A stretch of 1,049 nt of DNA, from NCBI GenBank assembly GCA_000004985.1, contig GG739595.1; one strand, given 5' to 3'. Under the pieces are notes generated by a model. It had not been told where the DNA came from, did no database searches, and worked only from the letters and a program-made list of their open reading frames with translations. Source of the stretch: Naegleria gruberi. Its lineage: Eukaryota. A program made the position numbers and the translations under genes. Positions 1-1,049 of the stretch are shown here, in pieces. The stretch's first letter is position 1, and every line of letters starts with the position of its first letter.

Positions 1-61
1 CTTCGAGGATTGATTGATTGAGTATTGGGAAGATTTTAGTAGAGACTGTATAGGTGGACAT
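1..61 (-). CDS. Possible 5' end of a second minus-strand gene (MSTYTVSTKIFPILNQSILE...) running off the left edge
   Basis: The ATG at 61..59 sits in the context AAAAA-ATG-TCC, which matches the yeast initiation consensus of an A-rich -1 to -5 and a Ser second codon. 20 codons stay open to position 1. That is only 61 nt of frame, so support is weak. Confidence 0.25.
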   Translation of the reverse strand, partial: MSTYTVSTKIFPILNQSILE

Positions 62-87
62 TTTTCAATAACAGCAAGGCTTGTTGA

Positions 88-97
88 TTTTTTTTTT
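88..97. repeat. T10 homopolymer (A10 on the minus strand), a poly(dA:dT) tract
   Basis: Ten consecutive T at 88-97, and a second T7 run at 192-198. Confidence 0.9.
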
Positions 98-141
98 AAT
101 TGATTGAGAAAACTCTTTTATGTTCTCGTTTGTTTTGTGGT

Positions 142-180
142 GAAATACGAAATTTGCTCCATTTTGGAAATACGCGAATT
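142..180. promoter_or_regulatory. Paired direct motif gaaatacg (142-149 and 167-174) carrying ACGAAA and ACGCGAA cores, SCB/MCB-like
   Basis: The 8-mer occurs twice 25 bp apart, with similar flanks in each copy (gaaatacgaaatt and gaaatacgcgaatt). The cores resemble the Swi4/Mbp1 box consensus CRCGAAA / ACGCGT with one mismatch each. Confidence 0.2.
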
Positions 181-258
181 ATTGGAGCGCCTTTTTTTCT
201 ACATTGGGTTTTTCCGTTTGTAAATAATTGAACGAGACTTTACAATCATTTGATGGTT

Positions 259-268
259 GGTCATGACC
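259..268. repeat. Perfect 10-bp palindrome ggtcatgacc
   Basis: The sequence is identical to its own reverse complement, and it is GC-containing in an otherwise AT-rich flank. It lies about 95 nt downstream of the gene's stop codon. Confidence 0.9.
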
Positions 269-299
269 TCTCTTTTGATTCTTCTTCATTAAGCTCATG

Positions 300-359
300 T
301 TGTCAAGTACTGATATTAATTCAAACAATTAAATATGAAATCTAATAATTTAATATAAA
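300..359 (-). terminator. Putative 3' UTR and polyadenylation region of the 360..1043 gene. It is an AT-rich block with UAUAUA-like elements.
   Basis: Immediately downstream of the TAA on the minus strand the sequence reads atttatattaaattattagatttcatatttaattgtttgaattaatat. This is about 90% A+T and resembles TATATA-type efficiency elements, but there is no exact canonical hexamer, so this is an inference only. Confidence 0.25.
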
Positions 360-1043
360 TTAAAATTTTTCACTTCTCTTTCTAAAATCACTCAATCTCT
401 GTTTATATGAAACATGATAATGTATGGGAGGTAATGTAAAAGTGGGTGAATCTGAACTATTTCTAAACATTCCATTCATTGAATGATGATTCTGATGTTG
501 ATTTTGATAATTCTGAAAATTCTGATTCTGAAAATTCTGATGTTGATTCTGATTTCTATGAGGTGATAATGAACCACTATTATCATTTTGAAAATTTAAA
601 TCAAAATTAATTTCCTTTCTAATATTTTTTCTATCAAAAGTATGTAATTTTGAAAGTAGAAATGAAAATAAAGTTTCTCTTTCTTGTGTTGATAATTTAG
701 TTAAATTCATAGGTATCATATCTTTATCTGATTTCCATTGATCAGATTTCTTCTTATTATATACATCTTTAGGTTCTTCACCATTTTCTTTCCAATATCC
801 TAATTTAATATCTTGCATTGTTTGTATTATAAATTTACCAATTTCATCTTCTGTTTGAATTTGTGTTTCATATTTGGACATTGATTTTCTATAGGATTCT
901 AATTTCTCTTTATAACTTTCTGTTTCTTTTCTAAATCTTTCTATTATTATATCTTTCTCTTCTACTATTTTTGTTAATTCTTCAATTGAATAATTTTTAT
1001 ATTTTTCTCTTGTGGGTGTATCAATATGTTTTTCATGTTCCAT
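360..1043 (-). CDS. Hypothetical protein of 227 aa. The N-terminal half is K/E-rich and likely coiled-coil, and the C-terminal part carries a Q/N/H-rich low-complexity tract. It may be 5'-partial, because the frame is open to the window edge.
   Basis: A 684-nt uninterrupted minus-strand frame in roughly 27% GC DNA is very unlikely to arise by chance. Its TAA stop is at 362..360 (plus-strand tta) and the first ATG is at 1043..1041 (plus-strand cat). The ATG context is AAAGAA-ATG-G, with a purine at -3 and an A-rich leader. I confirmed by hand that the translated heptad-like K/E-rich segment and the QN-rich tract are in frame. Positions 1044-1049 add an in-frame E-K with no stop, so the true start could lie upstream of the window. 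Confidence 0.8.
   Translation of the reverse strand: MEHEKHIDTPTREKYKNYSIEELTKIVEEKDIIIERFRKETESYKEKLESYRKSMSKYETQIQTEDEIGKFIIQTMQDIKLGYWKENGEEPKDVYNKKKSDQWKSDKDMIPMNLTKLSTQERETLFSFLLSKLHTFDRKNIRKEINFDLNFQNDNSGSLSPHRNQNQHQNFQNQNFQNYQNQHQNHHSMNGMFRNSSDSPTFTLPPIHYHVSYKQRLSDFRKRSEKF
483..560 (-). repeat. Degenerate in-frame codon repeat array with (a)aattctga-type units, encoding HRNQNQHQNFQNQNFQNYQNQHQNHH
   Basis: On the plus strand, ctg/ttg (Gln), att (Asn) and atg (His) triplets recur every 6 to 9 nt. Hand translation of the minus strand gives alternating Q-N with interspersed F, Y and H. Confidence 0.85.
511..540. repeat. Perfect 15-bp tandem duplication, ttctgaaaattctga x2
   Basis: Positions 511-525 and 526-540 are identical. 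The duplication is in frame (15 = 5 codons) and each copy encodes QNFQN. Confidence 0.95.
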
Positions 1044-1049
1044 TTCTTT

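Noticed and set aside
120-143. Plus-strand mini-ORF atgttctcgtttgttttgtggtga (MFSFVLW*)
   Set aside because: It is only 7 codons, with no supporting context. Short ORFs of this kind arise by chance.
259-268. Reading GGTCA/TGACC as a nuclear-receptor IR0 response element
   Set aside because: The half-site resemblance is real, but the inferred host (fungal or low-GC eukaryote) has no nuclear receptors. It is retained only as a generic palindrome.
253-344. Plus-strand ORF of about 30 aa starting at atggttggtcatgac, overlapping the palindrome
   Set aside because: It is short, low-complexity and on the strand opposite to the gene organisation. It most likely lies in the 3' UTR or promoter region.
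1-359. Possible tRNA or other small RNA gene in the flank
   Set aside because: There is no B-box (GGTTCGANTCC) or A-box (TRGCNNAGTGG) on either strand, no cloverleaf-compatible stems are apparent, and the composition is too AT-rich.
483-560. Tandem repeats as a CRISPR-like or minisatellite array outside coding sequence
   Set aside because: The repeats are in frame within a long ORF and encode Q/N. There is no repeat-spacer architecture.
360-1043. Spliceosomal intron within the ORF
   Set aside because: There is no GTATGT donor or TACTAAC branch motif on the minus strand, and the frame is continuous for 227 codons.
360-1043. A prokaryotic defence or novel multi-gene system
   Set aside because: There is a single gene with eukaryote-style features (A-rich Kozak-like start, Q/N tract, long AT-rich 3' flank). 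No operon structure, RBS or partner genes are present. Nothing in the sequence supports such a call.

Overview
This is an AT-rich window, about 27% GC in the coding part and about 30% in the flank, and it reads like a low-GC eukaryote, most plausibly a budding yeast. The basis is an A-rich ATG context, a Q/N/H-rich low-complexity tract, and the absence of any Shine-Dalgarno or operon-like packing. One gene is well supported: a minus-strand ORF at 360..1043 encoding a 227-aa protein I do not recognise, so the gene symbol is left empty. Its N-terminal half is K/E-rich and likely coiled-coil, followed by a short Q/N/H-rich tract that contains a perfect in-frame 15-bp tandem duplication. The ORF has no in-frame stop before the window edge and could extend 5' past position 1049. 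The 359 bp at the left hold the gene's AT-rich 3' end, a T10 tract, a perfect 10-bp GC-containing palindrome, paired SCB/MCB-like motifs, and a possible start of the next minus-strand gene (ATG at 61 in a strong yeast-type context, open to the edge). I see no CRISPR, mobile element, RNA gene, or any sign of a prokaryotic defence or novel multi-gene system. The window looks like one ordinary, uncharacterised eukaryotic gene with its flank, and the repeat structure inside the Q/N tract is the most concrete point of interest.
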